A stretch of DNA of 64,000 bases from Raja brachyura. Its lineage: Eukaryota. Of this stretch, positions 13,451 through 26,575 are shown piece after piece (positions within the stretch are counted from its first letter, which is position 1; every line of letters begins with the position of its first letter). Location: assembly GCA_963514005.1 (NCBI GenBank), contig OY740799.1:29698001-29762000 (forward strand), given 5' to 3'. The notes beneath the pieces were generated by a model that ran no database searches, was not told the origin of the DNA, and saw nothing but the letters and a program-made list of their open reading frames with translations. A program made the translations under genes and the position numbers.

Positions 13451-14289
13451 TTTATCTATGTTAACTATATTTAATCATTCAATTATAGTTCCTCATCCCT
13501 GGAATAATTTCAGTTATCTCCTCTTCACCTCTTTACATCTTTCCGAAAATGTAACATTCAATCGGGACACAATATTGTTGTCACGTGAGTATTTTATAAA
13601 GCTTCATCGTAGCCTCATTGGCTTTGTCCTCTGTGCCCAATTTAGTCCAGGATCCTGCATATTCATTTAAAGCACTTTCTCCACCTGCTCTTTGACTTTC
13701 AACTAATTGTTCTCATCTCCCTTTTTAGAATCACACCATTTACATTATCTTTTCTCATTTCTTAAACACAAAATGTACTACTTTGCATTTCTCAGCATTA
13801 AATATAATTCACTATTCACCCATTCTGCTTAATCCTAGCTTTTTTTGAAGACTATCACAATCCTCCTCTCAGATCAATGAACCACCATATTCCCTGAAAT
13901 TAAGATAAATAAGTTAAATGAAAAAAAGGAATAATTTGAGTTGAACGTGGAAGTGAAAACAAGATATAAATGACCAGCAAAGATAAAGACATTTTAAGTT
14001 CAAAACAAGTGCAGGAGGAAACACCGTCTGTCATCAATGGGATAGAGAAAGAGTTGAGAGAGAGGTCTGAAGAGCTCTGAAACTAGGACAGTTCACATTT
14101 CTGATGAAGAGACAGGTATGGCTCATTTTCCCATAGTTACACGATCAGGTTGTAGAAAGTAAGTAGAGCTGCTAGAAAATTGTTCAGCGTAACAACAACA
14201 ATCAGGTGAATAAGATTTGTGCTGATGAAAGGGCACCAGTGAAGTCTATCTTCAAGGAACTTGGGATGGAAATACAGGATTGGATATCT

Positions 14290-15240
14290 ATGGTGAAGCT
14301 GTGGGGTGGATAGAAGATGGGCTGGTAGAGGGATTATCCAACAGGATCCCACCACTAGCCACATCTTCCCAATTCCACCCAACTTTCCGCAAAGACCGTT
14401 CCCTCCGCAACTCCCTGGTCAACATGTCCCTTCCCACCCAATCCACCCCCTCCCCAAGTACTTTCCCATGCAACTACAGGAGATGCAACACTTGTCCCTA
14501 TACCTCACCCCTCGACTCCATCCAAGGACCCTGACAGTCTTTTCAGGTGAGGCAGAGGTTCACTTGCACCTCCTCCAACCTCATCTACTGTATCTGCTGT
14601 TCCAGGTGTGGACTCCTGTATATCGGCGAGACCAAGTGCAGGCTCGGCGATTGTTTCGCTAAACACCTCCGCTCGGTTTGCCTAAACCTACCTAATCTCC
14701 CATTTGCTAAACGCTTTAACTCCCCCCCCCCCCCCCCCCCACCTCATTCACAATCTGACCTTTCTGTCCTGGGCCTCCTCCATTGTCAGAGTGAGGCCCA
14801 GCGCCAATTGGAGGAACAGCACCTCATATTTTGCCTGGGCGGCTTACACCCCAGCGGTATGAACATTGACTTCTCTAACTTCAAGTAACCCTTGCTTTCT
14901 CTCTCTCTCCATCCCCTCCCCCTTCTCAGTTCTCCAACCAGCCTTACTGTCTCCGGCTACATTTTATCTCTGTTTGCTTTGTTGTTACAATCCTTCACCC
15001 CAGCAGATCCAATCCCTCTTCCAACTAACAATGATCTTTTCTACATTTTCCTTGATCATTCCATTTGTCCTGTTTTCACACCTTACACTTTCTTATCTAT
15101 ACACTTCCTTATGTTTACACTTCCTTATCTATTTACCTCTCAGTCCCCGGGATCAGTCTGAAGATGGGTCTCGACCCAAAACGTCATCCATTCCATCTCT
15201 TCAGAGATGCTGCCTGAGTTACTCCAGCATTTTGTGTCTC
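14290..15240 (+). mobile_element. Penelope-like element 3' part: GIY-YIG endonuclease plus terminal repeat
   Basis: FPCNYRRCNTC linker, then FTCTSSNLIYCICCSRCGLLYIGETKCRLGDCFAKHLRSV...EEQHLIFCLGGLHPSGMNIDFSNF. A hammerhead-like motif follows at 15158-15185. Confidence 0.92.
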
Positions 15241-15243
15241 TCT

Positions 15244-15320
15244 AGAGGGATTGGACAGGTGTAGAGGGATTGGATGGAAGTATAGAGAGATTTGATGGAA
15301 GTGCAGAGGGATTGGATTTC
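15244..15320 (+). repeat. Minisatellite, about 19-21 bp unit, about 4 copies
   Basis: agagggattggacaggtgt / agagggattggatggaagtat / agagagatttgatggaagtgc / agagggattggat. Confidence 0.8.
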
Positions 15321-16209
15321 CATGTTGAGGCTGAAACGGTTGAGACAAAAACAAGTTGGTGTGGAATTGTTACCATTGACAAAAGGGTGAGGAACCAAAG
15401 ATGTAATATAAAAATGATTGGAAACATCCAAAAGTGACCTGAGAAAAAATATTTTATGCACCGAGTATCCAGATCTAGATTGTACTGGCAGGGATAGTAG
15501 TGAAAGTAGATTCAACTATAGCATTCTAAAGGTAACAAGAAAATATCTGCAAGGAATTTGTATGCTTATGGGACCAGCTGGGGGTGGTATGGGCACGGCA
15601 GGCCAAACGGCCTCCTTCCATGTCGCCATGTTCTGTAATTGTGTTATAGGTTGAGCTGGTCTTTTGCTGTGGTAGAATAGCATTTAAAACAGTAATGGTA
15701 GATAGCAACAATTCCTGTGTAATCCCACAACCCACATGCACACACATCTACTAGAAATACCATCATGCACAATCGCTCCATAGTCCATACCCAGAAAAAT
15801 AATGCATAGACTTAGCACTTACATATTTTATTTATTTAGAACAAGTAGTAGCAGAAGAATATTAATGATCAGTTAATATTACCAAAGGAGGGAACATTAA
15901 CCTATACAAGATACGTACGGATAAAGTCTCTGCAGTGATGTTAAAATTAACCGAAAATTGTCCGCAAAATTAATTATTCTTAATCTTCTAGCAGCTGTGA
16001 AATGTCATTATCACTTTCACCTGTAATTTATTTCCATTTGAAATCTATTAGACACAAAAGTGTTAATTATAAGAACTGTTAATGCTAATAATTGACATCC
16101 AGTACCCTTATAACACTGCTAACCAATGTTGTCAATATTTACATATGTGTTTCAATTGGATATGATAAAGCAATCTTGCAAATTTTAAGGCAAAAACTTC
16201 CTGACAGAG

Positions 16210-17625
16210 ATTTTTCTATCTTCCTTAGCCATGGGTGAAGTACTGGAAGACTGGAGATGGCTAATATTGTTCCTTGACTTAATAAGGGATGCACGTACCT
16301 GCCAAGAAAACAACAGGCTAATATTAGTGGTGGAAATCCTTCTGAAGAATATTCTGAGAGATGGAAACTGTCTACATTTAGAAAATCAAGGACTGATTAG
16401 TGATAGTCAGCATAGCTTTGTGCATGGCAATTCGTGTCTCATGAAATTGATTGCATTTTTTAAAGAGTTGTCCAATAGGATTAATTATGACAAGGCAGTA
16501 GGTGTTGTCTATGTGAACTCTATGTAGGCATCTGTCAAGCTCCTGCATGGTTGGCTGGTCTGGGAGATTAGATCAAATGGAAGTTAGATCAAATGGAACC
16601 CATTGAGCTAGCCAATGGGATTCGACATTGACTTGATAGTACAAGTCAGGGGGTGGTAGTGGAGAATTGTGGAGTATTGCAGAGATCTATGTTGGGTCCT
16701 CTGTTATTTGTCATATATATTAACAATTTGAATGAGCATGTAGTAAGTTTGAGGATACCACAAAAATTGGTGGTGTGGTGGACAATGAAGCTAGTTGTTT
16801 ACGTTTATAACGGATATAGATCAACTAGGAAAGTGGGCCAAGGAATGGCAGATGGAATTTAACTCAAGCAAGTGCATAGCGTTGCATTTTTGTAAGTTAA
16901 AGCAAGGCATGACTTACATAGTAAACGGTAGGGCCCTGGAGAGTGTTGGTAGAACAGAGAGACTTAGGGTACATAGTTCCTTGAAAGTGGCAACACAGGA
17001 AGACAAGGTGATGAAGAAGACATATGGTACGCTTGCCTTTATCGCACAGAGCCTCGAGTACAAGATTTGGGATGTCAAGTTACAGCTGTACAAAACACTT
17101 GTGAGACTGCACCTAGAATATTGTGTGCAGTTGTGGTCGCCCTGTGATAGGAAGGAGATTAGCTAAAGAAGCTTTACAAAAGATTCACAAGGATGATAGT
17201 GGGCCTGGAGGGCTTGAGTTACAGGGAGAGTTAGGAAAGGCTGAGACTGTTTTCCCTGGGGTGAAGGAGGTTGAGGGGTGATCTTAGAAGTTTGTAAAAT
17301 CATGAGGGGCATAGATAAGGTGGATGGGCATTTTTTATTTTTCCAGGAGGGAATCTAAAGCTAGAGGACATAGGTTTAAATTGAGAGGGAAAGCTTTAAA
17401 GGGGACCTAAAGGGCAGGTGTTTCACACAGATGGTATTGGGCACACGGAAAAAGCTGCTTGACGATGTGGTGGAGGCTGGAACAATTACAATGATTAGTC
17501 AGTCGGACAGGTACAAGCAAAGGTTTGGCAGGTTATTGGTCAAATATAGGCAAATGGGACTAGCTCAGGGAGGCAACTTGATCGGCATGGACTAGTTGGG
17601 CTGAACGGCCTGTTTCCATGCTATA
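16210..17625 (+). mobile_element. Degenerate CR1 LINE (RT to 3' UTR)
   Basis: SQHSFVHGNSCLMKLIAFF, LGPLLFVIYINNL, WQMEFNSSKC, LYKTLVRLHLEYCVQLWSP. Confidence 0.92.
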
Positions 17626-18127
17626 CGAGTCAATATTCTCAGCCCATTGCCCAGTAACTGCCCAACCTCAAATGTTTCAGAGAAACAATAAAATGTTCAT
17701 CATACACAACTATTACATCGATTGGGTCATAGGAAAGAAAGGAAAAACATTTCTGTCATGAGCAACTTTTCTTTCTTACAATGGGATGGAGTAAAATTAA
17801 ATTACTTCCTTTTGAAAAATGATATTTATGGCAGCTGCCATCTTTGTTTCCAGCAGACTGCAATGCAGCACAAGAATCTAAACCTTTCCTGGCAAAGAAT
17901 GTTTTCCGCATGGGCTTTCCTTTGATGACTCAGTTGATTACACTACTGCAAAACCCACACATCCCTGAACAGCATGCGTATAGTCAATTTAGAGATCCCA
18001 ATCAATTCTGTGTCTAATTTTCTTTATGATAGGAGAATTTATGTGGTGTCTTTTGACTATATATATTTACAGCCATATGTTGTGAAATAATTTACATACT
18101 ATAACCTGAACTGGGCATGAATATGTA

Positions 18128-18295
18128 CACCTGTATCCACCTATCACTTGCCAGGCTTTGTCCTGCTTCCACCTCTATTCCAGCTCCCCCCCCCCCCCAG
18201 TACAATCAGTCTGAAGAAGGCTACCAACTCGAAGAGCTGCCAGTTCTCCAGAGATGCTGCCTGACTTGCTGAGTTACTCCAGCACTTTCTGTCTT
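18128..18295 (+). mobile_element. Penelope-like terminal repeat fragment
   Basis: cctatcacttgccaggc...caatcagtctgaagaagg...gagatgctgcctgacttgctgagttactccagcac. Confidence 0.75.
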
Positions 18296-20039
18296 TTTAT
18301 GACTATGTATTGATTTTTTTAATATGCCTATCACAGTGACTAATATAGGTTTAATTTTTCATGCTGATCACCCATCAGCATTTTGTTTTCAATTAACAAT
18401 AACATGCCTTCATTAAGTGTTGGAAAGAAGTATGGGAAATATAGTGCTACATTACAGCGATGTAACTTGTCAGTGACATAACCTACCCAACAGCATAAGT
18501 GTATACAAAGTAAAGGTTTGGATGATATATTTCTATTTAAGAAGTATCTCATCATTTCAAAAGCCAAACATTTTCCCAGATTATTTATGGGTCACTTTTT
18601 ACATTATAATAGGTCTGCTTCTGCCCAATATCCCATCATGGATTACTCTCAAAGGGCTTTAGTATTTTCAGCATCTGATTAAGATATATTAGAATACTTG
18701 TTCAAATATAAAGTTGATTATTCTATATTTTATTTGTGCTGGCCACACAATGATTCATTGTGGAATCATACAATGCTAAATGTTACTGCTGTGTAAATAT
18801 CGTCAGGCAGATGTAAGTAGCTTATTCTGTCATTGCTGAATTTCTGTAATTAGACACATTTATTTTTGTAAGGAGGGTCTCATGTTACCTGGTATAATCA
18901 AGTCATTTATCGTTAAAGGCTGTAAGATGCTTGAAACAAAGTTATGTTTTGCACAGAAAGAATGTTACTTCTATTCCCATTTCCAGTTGTGTTTTGGTTT
19001 TGTTCCCAGTCGTGGTGACTGCATTTAAGCAGTATTGGCATGTAGTTTTCTTATTGCCATATACTTTCTTTTTTTCCCCAGTGGGTGAGGAGGTGGTGTA
19101 CACGGGTGGGTGGACATTTAAACTGCTGTGTTTGGGTCTGAGCAAATATTCCCATAGTTTCCTTACCTGGGACATTACTACATTAACATTATAACTAAAA
19201 ATGCCTCTGAATTCCAATTGCAAGGCTAATTGTATATCTTTTTTTAATAACTTCACTTCAATTTTTAAGAGTGGTACCATTTTTTAAATTGTGGCTGTTT
19301 AGTAAATGTTTTATTCTTTGATGAATTTTCCGTTTGAATTTCCAGTATTCATTGTTTTTTTTAATATCGGTGATTGGTTAGGTGTTTTTATTAAAACAAA
19401 TGTAGGCACAATGATCAGGTTTAAGAAATATCACATAATTTCAAAATTAGGTATGTTGCTTTTTGCAATGCCACTCCTTGTTATAAAGATTATAAATGAT
19501 AAATTTAGCCTTCCAACTCTCCAATATCCTTCCAACTCTCCATGGCCCAGATTTTCTGCGCAGAGCTTGCTAACAGCTGTATACCTTATACCCAATTGAC
19601 ATTATACCCTATTCCTGTTCACTGAATGTGGAAGACCACTTATTCTGGCCCAGAAAGAGCCAAGTACCAAGGCTCTGAGTGGCAGCAGTGCCTCAAGTAA
19701 GATAATGAGTGATGAGGACAGACGAAATAAGTCCTGCCCAAGAAACCTGTATGGAAGCCTTTCATTGCCAGGAAAAAAAACACGATTGTAACTGTCAAAA
19801 CTGTCAATATTTAATGATATTTCCAAATATCTATGCAATTTAGAAACATTTATAAATGATTAAATATCAGTTAATTAATCAGATAAGTTCATGAAAAAGT
19901 ATTTTAAATAATATAAAAATGAAATAAAAATATAAATAGCATTAGATGAAACACAGATTGTAGGAAATCTTATAAATAAAATAAATCCCATATTTCCCTT
20001 TCTAGCTTGGGGCTAAATCTGAGAGTAGATTCAGCCAGA

Positions 20040-20790
20040 GAATCTCAACAAGGTCTCGCTCCATTGATTGATTCCATGCCCAGCTGGAAAATAGCTTGTG
20101 TAGCTTACAACCCAGTGGTATGAACATTGAATTCTCCAATTTTAGTTAACTTCCTCCTTCCCTCGCCTTCTCTCCTGTGCCCCTCCACCCTGGTGTGAGG
20201 TCATTTCTCCTTTTACCCCTCTTCTCCTTTCACCCCTCTTCTCCTTTCACCCCCTCACCCCACCTCCACTCCTGTCCCCTTCCACCAATATTTCACCTTC
20301 TACCTCTGGTTTTATATTTCATTCCGCTTTCATACCTCTTCCCTCTTTATCTGACACCTTTCGTTTCCTTGACTCCTTTTCATCTGCAAGCTGTATCCAG
20401 CCATCAGCCAATCAAAACTTCCCTTATCTATATCCATCTATCACTTGCCAGGCCTTGTCTTGCTCCCATCTCTTTACCAGCTGTTTTGTAATCAAGCCAT
20501 TCTAAAGCATCGACTTTCAGACTACCAAACTAAGGGACGAGCAGGCTGTTAACAGTGGCTGCATTCCTACTCAAATCCCGGACTGGATTACATGGTGGAA
20601 TGTGTATCATGCATGATATATGTGGTGAAGCCTAGATTGACAGAGATTAATATGTCTGATCTACACCAGCTTTCTCCCCCTTGCTGCAATCAGTCTGAAG
20701 AAAGGTCCCGACCTAAAACGTCACCTATCCATGTCCTCTAGAAATGCTGCCTGATCCGCTGAGTTACTGCAGCATTTTGTGTTATTTCCA
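20040..20790 (+). mobile_element. Penelope-like 3' end with terminal repeat, interrupted by an insert of about 184 bp
   Basis: tagcttacaacccagtggtatgaacattgaattctccaat (SLQPSGMNIEFSN), a pyrimidine-rich UTR and a hammerhead-like motif at 20695-20722. Confidence 0.8.
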
Positions 20791-20832
20791 TTGCACAACA
20801 TTGATATCCTTCATCTTGATGAGCAGAAAATT

Positions 20833-22855
20833 CAAACAGAAAAACAGAACAAATTAAAATCAGTTCATTTTTTAATTTCCTCTCTTTATGCTCAAGAGTC
20901 AAGAGTGTTTTATTGTCATATGTCCTGGATGGGACAATGGAATTCTTACTTGCTAAGCACAACAGAATATGGAAATATGTAAACATTGTATAGAATGGGG
21001 GAAAAAAAAGTTCAATAATTAACAAATAATAATATAGTCTTTTGCCGTTCAGAGCTCATAGCTTATTCGTTGTGTTTAATAGCCTGATGGCTGTGGGGAA
21101 GAAGCTGTTCCTGAACCTGGACGTTACAGCCTTCAGGCTCCTGTACCTTCTTCCTGATGGCAGTGGTGAGATAAGTGTGTGGCCAGAATGGTGTGGGTCC
21201 TTGATGATTTTGGCTGCCTTTTTGAGGCAGCGACTATGATAGATCCCCATCGACGGTGGGGAGGTCAAAGCCGGTGATGGACTGGGCAGTGGTCACAACG
21301 TTTTGTAGTCTTTTTTGCTCCTGGATGTTCAAGTTGCCGAACCAGGCCACGATGCAACCAGTCAGAATGCTCTCTACCGTGCACCTGTAGAAGTTTAGGA
21401 GAATCCTCTTCGACATGCCGAATCTCCATAATCTTCTCAGGAAGTAGAGTCAATGATGAGCATCTTTACAATTGCATCGGTGTGCTGAGTCCAGGAAAGA
21501 TCTTCTGATATATACACGCCCAGGAATTTGAAGTTATTGACCCTATCCACCATCGTCCCGTTGATATAAACAGGATTGTGGGTCCTCATCCTTCCCCTGC
21601 TAAAGTCCACAATCAGTTCCTTGGCCTTACTGATTTTGAGAGCCAAGTTATTGTGCTGGCACCATTTGGTCAGTCAGTCGATCTCACTTCTATACTCTGA
21701 CTCGTCCCCATCTGTGATTCGTCCAACCACAATGGTGTCATCGGCGAGCTTGATGATGGAGTTCGCACTATGACAGGCTACGCGGTCATGGGTATAGAAT
21801 GAGTACAGCAGGGGGCTGAGCACGCAGCCTTGAGGTGCTCCCGTACTAATTGTTACTGAGGATTAAGTGGTTCCTCCAATTCGAATAGACAGTGGTCTGT
21901 GGATAAGGAAGTCGAGGATCCAATTGCAGAGGGATGCACAGAGGCCCAGTTCCGTGAGCTTGGTAACCAGCTCAGAAGGGATGGTGGTATTAAACGCCGA
22001 GCTGTAGTCTATAAACAACAGCCCAACATAGGTGTTTTTATTCTTCAAGTGATCCAAAGCAGAGTGGAGAGCCAGTGAAATTGCATCTACCGGTGACTTG
22101 TTGTGGCGGTATGCGAACTGTAGTTGGTCGAGGTTCTTGGCGAGGTAGGAGTTGATGTGCACCATAACCAACCTGATGCACTTCATCACACAGATGTAAG
22201 TGCCACTGGTCGATAGTGATTGAGGCACGTCGCCTTGCTCTTCTTGGGCACCGGTATAATTGATGCCCTTTTAAAGCAGGTGGGAACCTCAGACCTCAGA
22301 AGTGAGAGGTTGAAAATGTCTGCAAAAACTCCCGCCAGTTGGTCTGCACAGGTCTTGAGAACTTGACCGGGTATACCATCAGGTCCAGGCACTTTCCGAG
22401 GGTTCACCCCCCGAAGGATCATTTCATCCTCCAGCTTAGAGCAGAAGTCCCTTTTGGCCTTTTTGATGGCCTTGTCAAGGTCGTATCTGGTCTTCTTATA
22501 GACCTCTGCATCGCCAGACCTGAATGCCTGGCATCTGGACTTCAGAAGAATGCGGATCTCATGGTTCATCCAAGGCTTCTGGTTAGGAAACACTCGGAAG
22601 GTTTTTGTTGGAACGCAGCCCTCAACACATTTCCTTATGAAGTCTGTAACGACTGTGGCGTATTCATTCAGGTCCGTTGCCGAGTCCCTGAACATTGCCC
22701 AGTCTACAGACTCCAAGCAGTCCTGGAGTTGTTCCTCTGCCACCAGCTCTGTACAGTTCTCACCACTGGGGGTGCTTTCTTCAGTTGCTGCCTGTATGCA
22801 GGAAGAAGCAGCACCGCTGAATGGTCAAATTTTCCGAAGTGAGGGCGGGGGATAG
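20833..22855 (-). mobile_element. Rex1/Babar-like LINE, 5'-truncated, frameshifted and internally deleted
   Basis: [42 protein letters not shown]...[61 protein letters not shown], and a gacaataaa plus (ctcttga)n-like tail. Confidence 0.92.
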
Positions 22856-23989
22856 AGCTATTAGAAGATGGACACTGAGTATTCCTTTTGTATTAAGACC
22901 ATAAACATCTTATTTATGAATGTACTCAGTGAAACTCTTCTATCAGAGCTAATGGGATTATAGACTCCCTGCAGCACATATTCTTGCGCTACATTCTAAA
23001 TTGACTGATTAAACATGAATTGTCAGCCCAAGGGTATGGAGAAATGACTTTTACTGCTGCAGCTTTAGTTGATTGACAAATCTCTCCCATTTTAATGACT
23101 AATTTTCCATCAAAGTGGGGAGACCTCACCTATTCTGCCATGTTGAAGTATTTGCCTCAGATCAAATGGCAGCCCATAATCCTAGAGCTGCAATGTCAAT
23201 GTTCAACTGCTTCACCAGATATTTATTCAGTGAACCCTTTGGAGCCAAGTTTTACCCGCACTGACATGGGCTCATTTTGCAAATGGACATTTCATAAACA
23301 TTGTAAATTCACTCGCTGAGTTCACACATATGAGGTAGTGGACGGAGGGACTGAGTGAATGTTGGCGGGAGAGGGTAGAGAGTTAACGTGGCAGTGAAGA
23401 ATGCCAAGCTTTTGCACAGGTGTGCAGAGACCATTATGAAATATAATCATTACATTTATTGCACATGGCATTACCGAGATCAAGCCTGCTGAAAATAGTT
23501 TCTTAAATGATGATAGCCTTTAAAAGCCATAGTTTAATTGCTCCTGTGATATTTTTCTCCTTGTTTCGTTGTAATCTTTTTTGCTAATGTTTCCCTTTTT
23601 TTACTTTTGATCGCTACGGGTATCTAAATGTCACCGTATAATGTTCTGAGGTTCAGCTTCAATTTATTAGGTGCAAATACATTGCATGAATCAGGTAAGG
23701 CAGTGGATTCAAGATGACAGCAACAAGTGCTGCTATTTTGTCCACCAGCTGTTTGATTGGCTAGCTTACCTTCATATTTTATAATTGTTGCTTATTTAGC
23801 TACCTATTGTTAGTTTTTAAAAGCTTCCCAATGCTTGAGATTCCCACTAATCTTTGACATGTTATATGTCTTCTTTATTGCTTATATGCTATCGTTGACC
23901 TCTTGCGATCTCTCCACTATCTCCCCTTTGTACCACAAGCTGTCAAAGTTGCCCCGCTGGCTGAGGCAATGGGACGGGTATATTCCAGA

Positions 23990-24335
23990 TAGGTCACCAT
24001 CCTGGCCACACATGCATCTCCCTGTTACCTTCAGGTAGAAGATACAGGAGCCTGAAGACTGCAACGACCAGGTTCAGGAATAGCTACTTCCCCACAACCA
24101 CAGGCTATTAAACCTGGCTCGGACAAAACTCTGAACATTAATAACCCATTATCTGTTATTTGCACTTTATCAGTTTATTTATTCATGTGTGTATATATTT
24201 ATATAATGGTATATGGACACACTGATCTGTTTTGTAGTCAATGCCTACTATGTTCTGTTGTGCTGAAGCAAAGCAAGAATTTCATTGTCCTATCAGGGAC
24301 ACATGACAATAAACTCACTTGAACACTTGAACTTG
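23990..24335 (+). mobile_element. Rex1-like LINE 3' end
   Basis: LPSGRRYRSLKTATTRFRNSYFP and a gacaataaactcacttgaacacttgaactt tail. Confidence 0.85.
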
Positions 24336-25129
24336 GTAGTAACCTTCTTAAAAAAAAGGTATCGCTTAGTTGGGATGTTCTGCAGGGGCCACGTGCATCA
24401 GGCAAGGGTCAAACTGTGAGAGATAATAACGTTACACGGATATCACGGGATGGGCTGGAAGCAGAGATGTTCCTGGCTGCCAGATTCCACAAGAGTCTGG
24501 GGTTGTTCCTCTGCCCCCCTTTCCTCTGCAAAGCATCAAATAAATCACCTATGTCAGCTCCTAAACTTACTCGATGACCATCTAACCATCAAGGGCTTGC
24601 ATCTTTTTAATGCCTAGTGAAATTTGCTCCCAGTGATATTATTTTTTTTTGCTGTATCCAAGAAGTAGCTTTAAAGCCATTGTTATTATGGCGTTCTCCC
24701 TCCACAGATGCTGCCTGACCCTCTGAGTGCGGACACGGTGGGCCGAAGGGCCTGTTTCCTTGCTGTATTTCTAAACTAAACAAAACTAATCTGGCAATGT
24801 CTCTCATTTAATTTTTTATTTATACTATTAACAGATGGTGCTTGCATGCAAAATTAGGCTACCCTTCTGTGACACATTATTCTAACCATTTCTTCCAACT
24901 TTTCAACATCAAACACAATAATGTCTACTTTGTAACATAACTGATCAAAATATTTTCCTATCCTGTTTAATGTTAGGCTGCACCTCTTATGATCTATTTT
25001 GTAATGTCCTATTGAAGTGCCTGCCAAGGACTCTGAGCATTTTAGCAATTTAGCTGCTCAAGTTAGAAGGAACATAGACGTACTTCCCAATGCACCATGT
25101 GGCATTGATGTGCTCTGGATTACTGTGGT

Positions 25130-25745
25130 CTCCTTTATATCAGCAAGACCAAGCGTAGACTAGGCGACCATTTTGCCAAACTCTTGCACTATCTCTACCA
25201 AGGCATGTTGGATATCCTGTTGTCAATCATTTTAACTCCCCGTCCCACTCCCATACTGACTTTTCAGTCGTTGGTCTCTTCCATTGTAAACTGGCCTCAC
25301 AGTACCCTTATATTCCCCTCTCTCATTCCTGTGCTCCCCCCACCCCAACCGCAGTGTGAACCCATTTCACCAGTATCCCACTTCTCTTTCCACATACCAC
25401 CCACCCACCCATCCTCCGTCCCCCATCCGCTTGCACAAATATCCCCATGTGTCAATCCTCTTTTTTTCTTTATCTAACATACGTTTGTCTCCTTTTCATC
25501 ACTAGCCTTTGTTACTTACTTCACCCATCTACCAATCATCCCCCAACCGCCTAACATTGGCCAGGCTTGTCTGCCCCGCCATTTACCTTTCCAGCCCCCC
25601 CCCCCCCATTACAATGTCTGAATAAGGGACCTGACCTGAAATGTCATCTATCCATTCCCTTCTGAGATGCTGCCGGACCCCCTGAATTACTCCAATACTT
25701 TGTGTGTTGCTCAAGATTACAACATCTTCAGTTCCTTGTATCTCT
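25130..25745 (+). mobile_element. Degenerate Penelope-like 3' fragment with terminal repeat
   Basis: tatatcagcaagaccaagcgtagactaggcgaccattttgcc (YIG-ETKR-like), then ctgaataagggacctgacctgaaatgtc. Confidence 0.75.
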
Positions 25746-26139
25746 GGACTAGTTGAGTTGAAATTAGGTGATGCATCAGCTCCATCTTATTGTTTTGTAA
25801 AACTGAAGCTGTTCTTTCAATAGGCTTTTGTTTAGAAGGAACACATTTACAGAATTATATTCATGTTTACATTGTATACAGTTGGTTTACCACTCATTAA
25901 ATTTGCCAGCATCAGAATAATGATGCACCTTGACTAGCCAGATAATTATTCCCATCACTGGTTTGGTGGAAAAAAAAATATTTGAAACATGCACATCTGT
26001 GAATTGGATAGACATACTTGAAAGGAAATATTTACTTTTTAGATAAATGGACAGCACCCAGATTAAAGTCACCCGTGATAACTGTGGTACCGTTGCTACA
26101 CACATACCTAATTTCCTGCGTGATGCTATCCCCAACCTC

Positions 26140-26575
26140 CATACTGCTGCTTTGTGGTCTGTCTATGACTCCAACAAGTGTTTTCTGCCCGTGGCTGTTT
26201 CGCAGTTCTACCCATACCGATTCTACAACATCGAAGCTAATGTCTCTCCTTGCTATTGCATTAATCTCCTCTTTTTAACCAGCAATGCCACCCCACCTCC
26301 TCTTCCTTTCTGTTTAACCTTCCTGAATATCGAATACCCCTGCATGTTTAGCTGCCAGCCTTGGTCACCCTGGAGCCAGGTCTTCGTAATTCCAACTATA
26401 TCCAATCATATTCTATATTCTATATTCTATCCAAACTATATGATTGGATATAGTTGTCTTCCTAATTCCAACTATATCCAATCATATTCCTTAACTGATA
26501 ACTGCACATTCAATTCATCCACCTTATTATGAAAGCTCCTCGCATTAAGGCACAAAGCTTTCAGGTTTGTTTTTC
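26140..26575 (-). mobile_element. CR1-type APE endonuclease fragment
   Basis: KALCLNARS..NKVDEL...VGITKTWLQG...GYSIFRK....RGGGVALLVK...ESVWVELRN. Confidence 0.85.

Noticed and set aside
26047-26532. 161-aa + strand ORF
   Set aside because: Antisense shadow of a CR1 endonuclease fragment.
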